A DNA stretch of 64,000 nucleotides, taken from NCBI GenBank assembly GCA_000320545.1, contig ADNK01001423.1, positions 17,174-81,173 of the forward strand, in the 5' to 3' direction. Of the stretch, positions 50,806 through 63,563 are shown one piece after another (within the stretch, counting starts at the first letter, position 1; the number at the start of each line of letters is the position of its first letter). The notes under the pieces are model-generated. The model saw nothing but the letters and a program-made list of their open reading frames with translations. It was not told where the DNA came from and did not search any database. Made by a program: the position numbers and the translations under genes. This DNA comes from Bigelowiella natans CCMP2755 (lineage: Eukaryota > Protista > Cercozoa).

Positions 50806-51320
50806 CCTTGTTCCATTTATACTTCATCATGTACAGAGAGTAAGGGTATTAATATTGTTATCGATTATTATTATTATCACTACTACCACCGTCACAGGTA
50901 ACACCATCTTCACGAACTGATGACCCAACACCATTCCCCGAGCCGCTGCAGGCAGCACAGGCAGTACAAGTCCAAAAGCACCACCACCAGCAACAAAAGC
51001 AGCGTGAGCCATCACGTTGGTCTTAGTGAAAAACAAGAAGAAGAACACTATATTATAGGTCAGTAGTAGTACTAGCAATATCATTATGTGTGATTGTACA
51101 TACTTTGTAGTAGTAGTAGTAGTAGTAGTAGTAGCGAATAATGTGTAATTTCTTTGGCTAGAACACCTTAGACTTCTTCACTGTTTTTCTGTAATCTTGC
51201 TTTTAGGTTCTTCTTCCACATAGGATTGTGCATCAACATGAAGATTATCTTGGAAAAATAGCACACAGCAGACACGAATCAACAGTAATAACACTAGTCG
51301 ATATCCTGGGCATTACTTAG
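48463..51320 (+). CDS. Hypothetical protein with N-myristoylation-type start and degenerate EF-hand-like motifs; 3' exons tentative
   Basis: Exon 48463-48598 MGAGSSSSSEGWKG...ILMDLYKAYARTDHI. Exon from 48903 GKSRTRDFARDLVRWH...DVKKE. Exon from about 49266 VYRIINFFDVGREGRIYKGALL. These first three exons join in frame at GT-AG. Later exons and the stop at 51320 are guesses. Confidence 0.5.
48769..48902. repeat. Minisatellite, 3 copies of a 43-44-bp unit, inside an intron
   Basis: TAGATGCTACCCACCAGCATGACCAACTGCATCCATACTATAAT-type unit at 48769, 48812 and 48856, directly abutting with no spacers. Confidence 0.93.
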
Positions 51321-52510
51321 CTTTCCACTTGAGTCGTTAATTTTGTGCGTGCGCTGAATCAATTTCACACATGTTTTGTAATGAACACTAAGTTCTCCGC
51401 AGCCAGAACAACCGCTTCTATGCCATGTAATAGTTCCTGCAGTGATATTTGAGCAATCGATAGTCGGACATATGATGCAAAGATGCAATTAGGCTATCTA
51501 CCCATTTCTCTAGCTCGAACGTGCAAGGCACACAGCTCAGCTCCCCATAGACCTTAGACGACATACAGCCGTCGCCCACGCTCTAGCTAGCTAGCTAGCA
51601 TGGTACATAGTACGTAGTCTAGCTAGCTAGGTAGCAGTAGCGAAACTTACCAAGCACTAGAGCAATGTAGCAATGTTAGAATGGCTAGATGCGATAAACA
51701 TGTGGAATGTGCTGAGCTGGTGTTGACTCTGTTAGATCTCTAGATCTGGACATCGTTGAGCGGCACGCCGTCTCAGCTGTGAGCTCTGTAGCTAGCTAGA
51801 GCTGCACATGAAAGGCGAGAGCGAGAATAAGCTGGGCAGGCTAGCAGACAGGCTAGGCTACTAGGCTAGCTAGCTAGCTAGTCTAGTCTGGTGCGTAGTA
51901 GTGGGCAAGCTAGGCTGGTGTAGTCTAGTAGTGGACCGCTTTGCGTGTTGTCATGCATGCAACAGTTTTCGGTCCTCTTGTTAGGCATGCATGCTAGCAT
52001 GCGTCATGCACATGCGTCTAGACGTGCTAGGCCTGGGGCCACTCTAGCACTGCCAATGCACAGTTCTAGAGCTGTCTAACTGAGTTGCGATGTCATTTTG
52101 TTTGCGCCTTCTGGCTAGCTGGTGGTGGGCAAGCCTTCAGACCCGTGATCATCAAAATGTCCAGATGTGCATGCCTGTGCGCATGCGCATGTTCTAGTGT
52201 TGGCCTAGCTAGCTAGTCTAGTAGTGGCATGCATTCGATCGGTGTGCGATGCTCATGCAAAGTCTAGACGCATAGCATGTGCATGTCTAGACGCCGTGCT
52301 AGCGTGTGCTAGCTTGTGCTAGCTTGTGAGACACATGCATGTGAGCGCGGTGCAATGGCAATAACTAGATAAATGGCATTGCATTGTGACGCTGTTATAG
52401 TCTAGCACGCACGTGCACCGGCTTGCGCAACAAAAGGTTGTTGTACATGGAGTAAGTCGTACTGTTAAGCAATAATGATGTGTAATTTTAGTGGAAAACG
52501 CCCATGATGG
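51321..52510. repeat. Convergent spacer 7, orphan gene / TRAPPC10; strongest palindrome-rich core about 51500-52420
   Basis: (CTAG)n runs at about 51585, 51618, 51866 and 52205. CATGCTAGCATG at 51990. Repeated GTCTAGACG and GCATGC. No long trinucleotide microsatellites in the core. Confidence 0.8.
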
Positions 52511-53089
52511 TCATCTGACAAGCATCATGCTAGTCTTGATGCAACGTACTGGATGTACGATGACTTTAGGTTGTGAAGAAGGGTACCATCGTACACTACA
52601 GTTATTGGGATCTATCATGTCATCGCTCTGACTGCTCCCCATGCATTTTTTCGAAAATCCCTTTTCCATCGTATTCTCTGTCTTCTTCATCATAAGTCTA
52701 AATTTGGGAAGAGATTGATGTCCCTCTTTCAGGGGGATAAACCTTAGTTTCACTTCAGCCTCCGCATACTCGATAAAATTTCCTTTCTCACCATTATCAT
52801 TGTAATGGCCAGCACGAGAAGAATACTTCAACTCCAATTGAGAGCTCATAGTTTTCCCTGCAACGAGCCAAGTCTGGCAAATACACAGCAGCAGCCCTTA
52901 TTCTATTGAACAATACAATGTAAAAAATACTAATGGTATGATAGTCAATTTTTGAGCTCTATAGCTTAGCTTAGCTTACTGACGCAACCGAAGCATTCGG
53001 AAATAAAACACAAAATTAGCTTAAATATTTGGGGATGATGTTAGTGATAACAGGGAAACTATTACTGCTACTACTTCCCACTATACTTT

Positions 53090-53132
<43 letters not shown>

Positions 53133-54130
53133 ACTCCGCAAGATTTGTGATCGACCAACAACGATACTTGTCTTCTCCGGTAATTGCTGCTGCTGCTGCT
53201 GCTGCTGATGTATGATGTAAGTACTTTAATGTAAACATTAAACTCATCTCCCACGATGACTTGATGAGGAGCACGGATATTGATATTGAACAATATTGCC
53301 GATGATGATGATGATGGGCAATTCCTAGTAGTACTCTGTTTCTCTATGTAAGAACGAGAAATGGGGATGATGGTGGTGCTGGTAGGATCTTGAGTATTGC
53401 CATCATCTAAATTAGCAGCAGCAGCAGCAGCAGCCACCACCGTTTTACTATCTCTGCCGTCGTCTTTTTGATGGTGATGACCGGATATTAGCGTTCTCAC
53501 CGAGTGGGGTGTGGACATTAACATTCCAGAAGAAGGAAATGTTGTAGAAGTGGGAGGAGGAGGAGGAGGAATAGGAAATAAAATAGGTACTTGGTAGCAT
53601 ATATAATATCGCTCCAAGTTTCGAGAAGAAGTTTTTCCAGAAACGAATTTATTTTTTTGAATAGCAGTGTATGAGATGATAAACTTTGCAGTAGTTTTGG
53701 CGTAATAACCGCCAACGTTGTTACCACCAGTAGCGATAGTAGCTGCTGTTACAGCAGCAGCAGCAGCAGCGCCACGAGTTTCGTGTGAAATAAGAAACAA
53801 GAAATGGTGCGGCAAGTTTGGATGAGTCACCGGTTCTCTTGATATTGGTGATGATGAATTGACTCCAATAGTTGTATCATCATCATCTTGGTAATTCTTA
53901 TGATTCGGATCCAAATCAGTTATGTTGAAATAGCCCTGCTTTGAAGTAGCAGCAGCAGCAGCAGTCCATTTGTACGTCCTCAGACTGAAAGCAGTGGTGC
54001 TTGGACCAAGAAGAGGAGGGGGAGGAATAACCGACAACTTCATTCTGACCAAAAACTGTTGGTGGTGCTGGTGGTGCTGTGGGTTTGACTTTTGCATTGT
54101 TTGACTGCTAGTAGCAGCAGCAGTAGCCGC

Positions 54131-54163
<33 letters not shown>

Positions 54164-55540
54164 TATAGTTGTGGTAGTAGCAGTAAGAGTGAATGGAAAT
54201 ATGAACCATAGAGGCTTGCATCCAACACACGATATAGTAGTGCTACTACTGCTGCTGCTGCTGCTACTATTACTACTACTACTAGTAGTAGCCTGATATC
54301 TCGCTATTGCATACAATTGACACTTTCCTCCTGCATTTGCTTTCTGCCGGTTTGATGGTTGATTTTCTTCCTCTTGATTATTATCACCACCAGCACCAGC
54401 ACCACCATTATCATCATACATCTTGTTTTCAAGTTGTAATGCGACGGGTTGTATTGTACGATTCAACCTCTTCACTTTAAACTTGACAGGTACCATTAGT
54501 GTCACAGCGGAGTGGGGGGGGATATGAGTATCTTCCAGAAATAAAATACAAGAAGAAGACAAAGACGAAGAAGAAGAAAAAGAAGAAGAGGTTGATGATC
54601 CAATATTACTGTTGCTGTTGAATTCTCTGCTAGTATTGCTGTTATCAGGTATTCCCTTGTTCTTCTTGTTCTTCTTCTTTCCCCCTTTATTCTTATTATC
54701 GGTAGCGTTGTAGATATGATACTCGACTCTGTCACCCATTGTCCCTCTTGCTGGAGGTGCAGCTTTAGAGGTAGTAGTAGTAACAGCAGCCACTTTGAAG
54801 ACAACTACTCTGCTGCTGTAGCACGATTTAGAAGAAGAAGAAGAAGAAGAAGAAGAAGAAGAAGAAGAAGATGATGAGGAAGAAAGAAATCCTTTGATGA
54901 CACTTGTCTTTTCTTCATTACGAGAGACGATGGTGCTTATGTTACTGTTGTTTGGGGTGCTGCTGCTGCTGGTGGTGGTGGTGTTGGTGGGGCTCTTGCT
55001 CTCCCGTACCAAAAATTCTAAACAGCCGTTAGTACTGCTGTTGATATTGCCAGCACCTTTGTCCATATGTGCGGCATCTTCATCATCATCATCATCAGCA
55101 CTACCACCATCATTAGCATCACCGTCATCATGCTTATCGTTGAGTACTATATCGTATGATGATGATATTAAGTGCAGCTGCATTCCAGCAGCCATTCCAC
55201 GTTGAGCAGTGCGAACGGTAATCGGGATCCATTGCATACTATTGACGCTCAATGTTTGCTTGGAAAAAGAAGAAGAAGAGGAAAAAGGAGCATCACCATC
55301 AAACATAGTACTACAACTCTTCTCGAGCTGCTGTCTCAAAGGAACAAGATCCGGATGTAAATGCCACGGAAACTCTGCAAACTACAAGTAAAAATAATAC
55401 GCAACAGCACAACAGCACAACAGCATTCGTGATCGTTGTCAGATGCGTTGTATTGAAGGAATAGAAGCTTTACTATTACCTCTACTACTACTACTGCTAC
55501 TACCACCACCACCTCTCTCTAAACACGAATACCACATTTG

Positions 55541-55582
<42 letters not shown>

Positions 55583-56431
55583 AAGCTATTACTCGACTCC
55601 TACGACGACTACTACAACTACTAGTACTACCTGTACTGGTGGTGGCTCTTTTATTGAATCTGCATCTTGTTTTTTTTTTGTGGTGGTACTTGTTCTTCTT
55701 GTTCTTGTTCTTGGTATCATCCTATTTGATCTACTAGCGGTACTTGCTGATGCTGTTGTTACACCAAATGATATTTTGGCGAAGCTACGATGAGAAAAGA
55801 GATGTGAGGGGTCAATCCGAACGGATAGTACTGAAGATAAGGACTTCAACTTGTGGGTAGTATAAGTAGGAGTAGCATTAGCACAGTAGTAGTAATTGTT
55901 ATCATCATCATCATCATCATCGTTTTTTGGTGTCCCTGAATCACAACGAAGAGGAGGAGGAGGAAGAAGAGGAGTATTATGTCCCCTCTGGATTGATAGA
56001 AGCTTAGTACTCTTCTTCTTGTTCTTCTTCATCCTCTGGATTGTAACATCATGCAACTGTAATACAATTGGAGAACATTCTTCCTTCTTCTCCTCCTTCA
56101 TCTTATCATCATTACTCCCTTTTTCATCAGCTTTATTTCTTTGTCCTGGTGGTGGTGGTGGTGGTGATGGTGGTGGTGATGATCCTCCCAATACGGCCCA
56201 CACTGCTAGTATCTTTGAATTCACGGACGATGAAGCACCAGGACTAAAAACACCACCACCATCACTACTGCTGCTGCCCACAGAGCCTCTTTTGTAGAAT
56301 TGGTGCACCGAAATAGTAGCAGAAGGAGCAGGAGGGAAAATCGCCTCGTTGAAATATCGAAGGAACGTTTGACGTGCTCGGTCGTAATCCACCAACAAAC
56401 GGCGCCTATATGTATACGTGTATACGTGTAT

Positions 56432-56468
<37 letters not shown>

Positions 56469-56685
56469 ATAATAATAATAATAAATAAATAATAATAGTA
56501 GACGTATAATGTTTGATGGCATTGGATGGTGATAATAATGCTATTGCTGATAATGATGACGATTATGATGATTTAGACGATAATACGAGAGAAAGAATGA
56601 AGCCGCTTTAACGATGATGCAACAACACAAACTGAAAATTGAGTATAATATTTTATGCTTTTTCCTCCCCCCCCCCACCCCCCCT

Positions 56686-56745
<60 letters not shown>

Positions 56746-56926
56746 TATGACGTATGTTTGATATTATTACTTGCTACCTTGCTTTTTTAGAAACAAATAG
56801 TTTAGTAGTAGGCCTCCTCCCCTTCTTTCTTGTATTATTCTTGAGGAGTTGTTGTGATGAAGGAGGAACATGCATCAAGTAAATCCAAGTTATCTTCCCT
56901 GCTGGCAGCAATTGTACCCCCTCTGT

Positions 56927-56994
<68 letters not shown>

Positions 56995-57094
56995 AAATCC
57001 TTATTTAAGGAAGTTATTCTAATGTGTATTATATTATCATCCTACACTTTTCTGCTGATCATCAGAGATAATAATAGTGAATGCATACACATAC

Positions 57095-57128
<34 letters not shown>

Positions 57129-57225
57129 CAATAGTCGTACCACATCGATATAACATGGGACGTATGTGTTGTCGCAGATAGCCCCTACAGTAGTAGTAGT
57201 AGCAGTAGTAGTAGTAAGTAGTTGT

Positions 57226-57256
<31 letters not shown>

Positions 57257-58180
57257 TGTTGTTGTAAAAAACCAGCAGCCGATAACGATAACAACATAAC
57301 AACAACAATAATAATATAAACACATTCCAGCAACGACAAGCAAAGGCGTACGTAACAGTGATGATGGCGAAGAAAGACGTATATTGCTGCACTATTACTG
57401 CTCTAACACTGTTACTGTTACTATTACAAGTGCTACGAATAGAATGATGAATGCCGACGACTACTATTACAACTAGATAATAATAGTAGCATTTATTATT
57501 GTCAATATGGGTAAGAATGAAAATGTACTACAAAACATTATGCTACTGTTTGCTGCTTTAAGACAGCAAAATAATAATAATAAATAATAATAGTAATAAT
57601 AATAATAATAATCATGCTGATGATGTTGGCAGATGATGATAAATAGCACACAAATAATAATTACGCTTTTGAAAGAAGTGGATTATGTTCCAGTTGTCCT
57701 CCAATTTTGGTAAAGGTTCCTCCTCCTCCTCCTCCTCCTCCTCTTCCGCCTGCCTTCTTATCGACGAAAACATGAAGATATGGTGCGGCTGGAGAGGGAG
57801 GAGGCATAGTGCCTCCTCCTGCTGCTGCTGCTGCTTCTACCCCATTATTTTTATGATCATCAGCGACAGCAGCAAGATTATCGCCCCCCTCCTTGTCATC
57901 ATCATCATCATCATCATATTCTTTGTTGTTGTCGTTGAGCTGATTGCGAATGAAATCACTATCCTGTAGTAGTAGCAGCAAACAAGAAGAACAACAACAG
58001 CATTGATATATTGCTAATAACTAGGTGCTTTGTAGGTTGAAACAAAGCTCATTGGCAGGTATCTAACTCAAATAATACTAGTACCAGTAACAATAATAAT
58101 AAGAAGAATACTAATAGTGAAAAATACCAAAAGTGAAAAATATTTATGAGATATGTATACTAATCTGAAAATACTACTAT

Positions 58181-58213
<33 letters not shown>

Positions 58214-59485
58214 CTTGTGCAATGTTTGTAGTAGTACGTTCATTTCCTTCAACTGAACCTACATAAGATAACGATGATGAAGATAAGTTAGTGGAATATA
58301 CAGGTATATAATAATACACAATATATTCAGATGATAGCAGCAGCAGCAGCAGCAGTATTGATGAGAAGAAACATCCTATTGTGTACGAATGCAAAGCTCG
58401 ATCATCATCGTTATATCATCGTCAGCAGCATTTTTGTCAGTGTCTATACACAACAAACAACTCTGATTATTATTCTTCCAGCTTTTCCCCCCCCCTCCCC
58501 CTCCTCATCCTCCTTCTTCCTCTATATAGAGACTTACTCATCGTGATACTAAAACTAACTACTACTAGGGTAATCAACTAACATGTGAAGGTAAAAGATT
58601 GGAAATCCCCATCTCTATTATGCCACTGTGTTTATGTCCTCCTCCTCCTTCTCCTGCTGCTGCTTGTGATTGTTTCTCATCGAGTGATGCGGGTAGTTTT
58701 GGCAGCGATCGTATTGACTCAACCTGCCATCGATCAATCGATCAATCAATCAATCAATCAATCATCATTTACGAGAACATGATAAATGATAAATCAAGAA
58801 CACAAGAAGAAATAGTAGATGTAGTAGCAGCGGCAGTAGTAGTAGTCAAGTTAATGTTTATTAAGATGGCAAACACAAACAAGATATTGATTCCGCTAAG
58901 TGCATCGTCATTGTACACTACACGATGGACATGTCATTGATGTGTTTATGGTGGTGATGCTGCTACTCATGTAGTAAGTTAAGTAGTAGTACACACTGTT
59001 GATCAAGCTGAATCTAAGAAATAAAAAACATCTTCCTCCTCCTCCTCCTCCTCCTCTTTCTTCTTCTTGTAGGTGGATTTACTTTAAAGAATCCTTCCGT
59101 AGATGTTGCGAATGTTGGTGGCTTCGGTGCTGCTAGTGTATTCCTATCAACGTTTACCCCCTTAATGATATCGTCATCATCATCATCATTTTGATCTTTG
59201 TTGTCCTTATTCTCGCATAGTAGTTTCCCTCCTCCTCCTCCTCCTCCTCCTTCTCTTCCTTCTTCTTCTTTTATCATCATCGTCGTTCTCATCGTCTTTA
59301 GCTGCTGTTTCCTCCGCATAAGGAGGAGGAGGACTCGACGTCGTGGGAGGAGGTTTTGACTCATGAACAGTAGTTGTTGTTTAAGAAGACTTATTAATGC
59401 ATCATCGCCTCCTCCTCCTCCTCTTCCTCCTCCTGTTGTTGTTGTTGTTTACCCGGCGAGAATTAGGATTAGTAGGGTCCTTATT

Positions 59486-59522
<37 letters not shown>

Positions 59523-59849
59523 GCATCCATTCATCTCTAATCGATTCAATATTTTCATATATTGTCATCATCGCTACTACTACCGAAGAATATGGATGAT
59601 GGGCGGTATAGTGTATAGATACAGATCAATCGCATGTTGTGAGAAGAAGAAGAAGAAGAAGAAGAAGAAGAAGAAGAAGAAGCACACTCCGCCTCCTCCT
59701 CGTCCCCACCTTGCCGTGTAGCTGCAAGAATTAGATGCAAGATAGATTCGGTGTACTGTTTCCATATTCTTGTCGCTGCATTTTCATCAAAGTAATAATC
59801 ATCATATGCATCGAGCTGCTGCTGCTCGTTGTTGTTGGAAGATGATTCT

Positions 59850-59883
<34 letters not shown>

Positions 59884-60365
59884 CAGCAGCAGTAGTAGCA
59901 GTCTTTGCTATTGCAGGTGCTGCTACGGTATCAGTAGTCTCTGCTTTCTTTGCAGAATAACGATGATAACGATGAAGAAGTCGATGATTATAATGATCTT
60001 GAGGCCACCACCACCACCAACAGATGTATGATGATGTTGATGATGATGATCTCTCTACCCTTCCCTTCTTCTTCTTTTTGTTTTTGTTGTTGTTGTTCTT
60101 CTTCTTCTTGATCAGCATCTCCTTTTCAGTTTGGCTATAGCGTTTTGCCATCAAGAGCACCGATTGCTGAAGAACCACATTAGAAGTAGAAGTAGAAGTA
60201 GCAGTAATAGTGGTGTTGATGAGACCAATGTCGTAATAATGATAATAATATACATTGTTATTAGTGGTATAGTAGCTGTAGTAGTTGGTGTGTATATAGT
60301 AACAACGAACACCTTTGTAAGGCCTCTTAAGCATAAATGTATCTGAAAAACAATCGACATCAACA

Positions 60366-60397
<32 letters not shown>

Positions 60398-60713
60398 CTG
60401 CAATATCAATTTGATTGTTGTGATGAGAGCAATCTCCTCCTCTACCTCCATCATCATCGTCACACACTATTACATATAGCACATCTACCTTGAGCTGTGT
60501 GATGTGCAATAATTTGGCCCACCTGAGCATTAAAAGCAGCAGCAGCATTAGTGATGGTAAGAAGAGAGATTGAGCATAGTAGAAACAACTATAGGAAGGA
60601 ACACATCAATCATCACTATGTTTTGTACTACAACTACTACTACGGTACTACTAGTGCTGCTACTACCGCTCACTGTTGTATTCCTCTGCTTCAGAACGGA
60701 ACATCTATGATTA

Positions 60714-60755
<42 letters not shown>

Positions 60756-61091
60756 TCACCGATGACATAAAAGGAAAGAATAAAAATAGCCTCCTCAATG
60801 CTTACGACTATTTGCAACAACTATTACCATAGTGATCGCCGTCATTGTCATCATCATCATCATCATCGTCGTCGTCATCATATCAATATAGACCTTGAAT
60901 GCCTCGTAGAAATGACCTCTAAAGAATAGACCGTGTGCCATTATCGATAACACGCGCTGTATTATCATCATAATACAGATATCATCATCATCATCATCAA
61001 CAACAACAACAACTACAACAAAATGGAAATAGTACTGCAAGAAGAATGCTTGCAAACGAATGGTAAAACTACTACTACTTATTATGTATTC

Positions 61092-61125
<34 letters not shown>

Positions 61126-62213
61126 TATTCCAAACATAGAAACGCTCAATTTTCCTTCACTAGTTGTTTGATTGAATGATCTAATCAATACATCAATAAA
61201 TCAATATGTATTAGTGGTAGTAGTAGTAGTAGTAGTAGTACACATCACAGACATCTAATTGTGTGCCTCTTCTTATCTTCTTCTTCTTCTTTTATTTTCA
61301 TACTTGAATACTACTTCTTCTTCTCACTAACCCTCAAATGTCTTTTCGATCGAGCTTTCTTGAAGCAAAACGCCGCCACCTTTATTATTATTATTGTTAT
61401 TATCATTACCATAATCATTATCATTAAAACGAAGAAGCAAGAGTAAAGGAGGAGAGAGGACAAAAGAAGAAGAAGAAAATAATGATGAGGGCAGCACAGA
61501 TTCATCATAATGTGTGTGTGCTGTACACCTTTATCATCATCATTATCATCGATATTTGTTAGGGTTATTGGGGTGGTAAGAGTACGGTAGTAATGGTAGT
61601 CGTTGTAGTAGTAGTATTGGTAATAGTATTAGTAGTAGTAGAAGATACATACGATGACAGCAGTAGCAAGCAGCTGCAGTAGCATCACCATGAAGGACAA
61701 TAAAAGGAAATTGTAGTTACTTGAGCAACTTGAAGGAGGATGGTGTTGAATATACGAGGAGATTTAAGACCCAATATTGTTGTATTCATCCTAGTTTCAT
61801 GATTCCTTCGTTTTCCCTGCAATAGTTATTATTATTAGTAGTAGTAGTAGTCATTTGTTGTGCTAGTGGCAGTGTTTGTCTAAAATTGATATGAAAATAT
61901 AATGACAATAATAGGGTGTAATTATAAATAATGAATAACGTATATATATATATATATATATATGTATATAGTCTCCTTCCTCCACCATTCATACGTTCAT
62001 GCATTTACGTTGATTCTTGGTATAATTAGCAACAACTACTGACTTCAATAAAGAGAGGTGTCGTAGCGATTGTAATACTACTCACAACTTGGAACAAACG
62101 ATTAAAGATAACGACAATAATGACGACACAGAATACCTTAAAATGTTTTTCCTCGTCGGCGTTACACACTGCTAGTATGATTGAAGCTGCTGGTGCTGCT
62201 GCTGGTTTTTCGC

Positions 62214-62246
<33 letters not shown>

Positions 62247-62693
62247 CATGATCGTTTTGATACATCTCATCATGAAATTCGTCGTCTTGAATACCACCTC
62301 CTCTTCTGATTATTAGAGTGTTATACTACAAGTGAGAGTAGTTTTGAGGATGATAATGATTCATACAGTCTTTTTATCTTTACTACTTTTCCCCCTCCCT
62401 CTACTATATTCATCTAATACTCTCTCTCTCTCTCTCTCTCTTATTATCTCTTCTTTTCACTATCATCCTTATCAACATACTCTTGCTCTTCATGTTGATG
62501 TCTCTCATTTGTAGAAGTAGCAGCAGCAGCCGTTTGAAGTAGTGACTCGTAGTATTTTGATTCGTAGTCAATTTCGAGCTGATTATTATTATTTATCATT
62601 ATTTTCACATTTATATCAACCACCAGATAGTGTGATAATAGTATATGTCATGTTACTATTGCTTATCTAGGCTACTGCTACTGCTGCTGCTTT

Positions 62694-62733
<40 letters not shown>

Positions 62734-62980
62734 TAATAATAATAACAATAATTATAATAAGAATTTATGTTAACAAATTACCTCTGCACTTACGTTAAAC
62801 CAGCAGGGCAAATCATCATATTTTTCTTCTTCTTCCAGCCTTTTAGATTCTAGATGATCTTTCTTGCCGCTGCATACTTCGTCGTCGCAATCGTGATCGT
62901 GTTCTTGGAGTTTGAAATGATGGTCAAGATGACGACGCATTGAGGTGGTAGTGAGAGGAATGAACCCCTTCTTGCATCCC

Positions 62981-63015
<35 letters not shown>

Positions 63016-63329
63016 TATTAGCAGCACAACACATCGATATCCATTGTCAGCATGATGATGATTATCATTGTGATAACTGAATAACTGTTGTGTGTGTGTG
63101 TTTTCTTGTGAGTTTATATGGTGTGATTGGTTATTCCTGATTCATACTATAAGGTGAGTTTTTCCACCACCACCATCATCATCATCATCATCATCATTAT
63201 TATTATTATAAATTTAGAGTATAGATAACATACATAGCTTATCAGCATCCTGATGACTTGCATAGCCCTCAAGCTGTTGATTGTCGGCAGTAGTAAGTAG
63301 TAGAAGTACCACAACACACAACTTAGATT

Positions 63330-63362
<33 letters not shown>

Positions 63363-63512
63363 TGATCATCATCACCATCATCATCAAATCATCAAATCAT
63401 CATCATTGTTCCAAGAGAGAGAAGCTACGAAGTACTAACCCCATTTCCTGGTAAACAACTCTCTTTGAGCCCCCCACCTTAGGGTAGTAGTCCTCCCTGC
63501 GAGAAGAAGAAG

Positions 63513-63563
<51 letters not shown>

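Noticed and set aside
51294-51488. Cys-rich minus-strand ORF (CIIC...CSGC) resembling a zinc finger
   Set aside because: Only 64 codons, no supporting upstream exon found, and it overlaps the presumed 3' end of the plus-strand gene.
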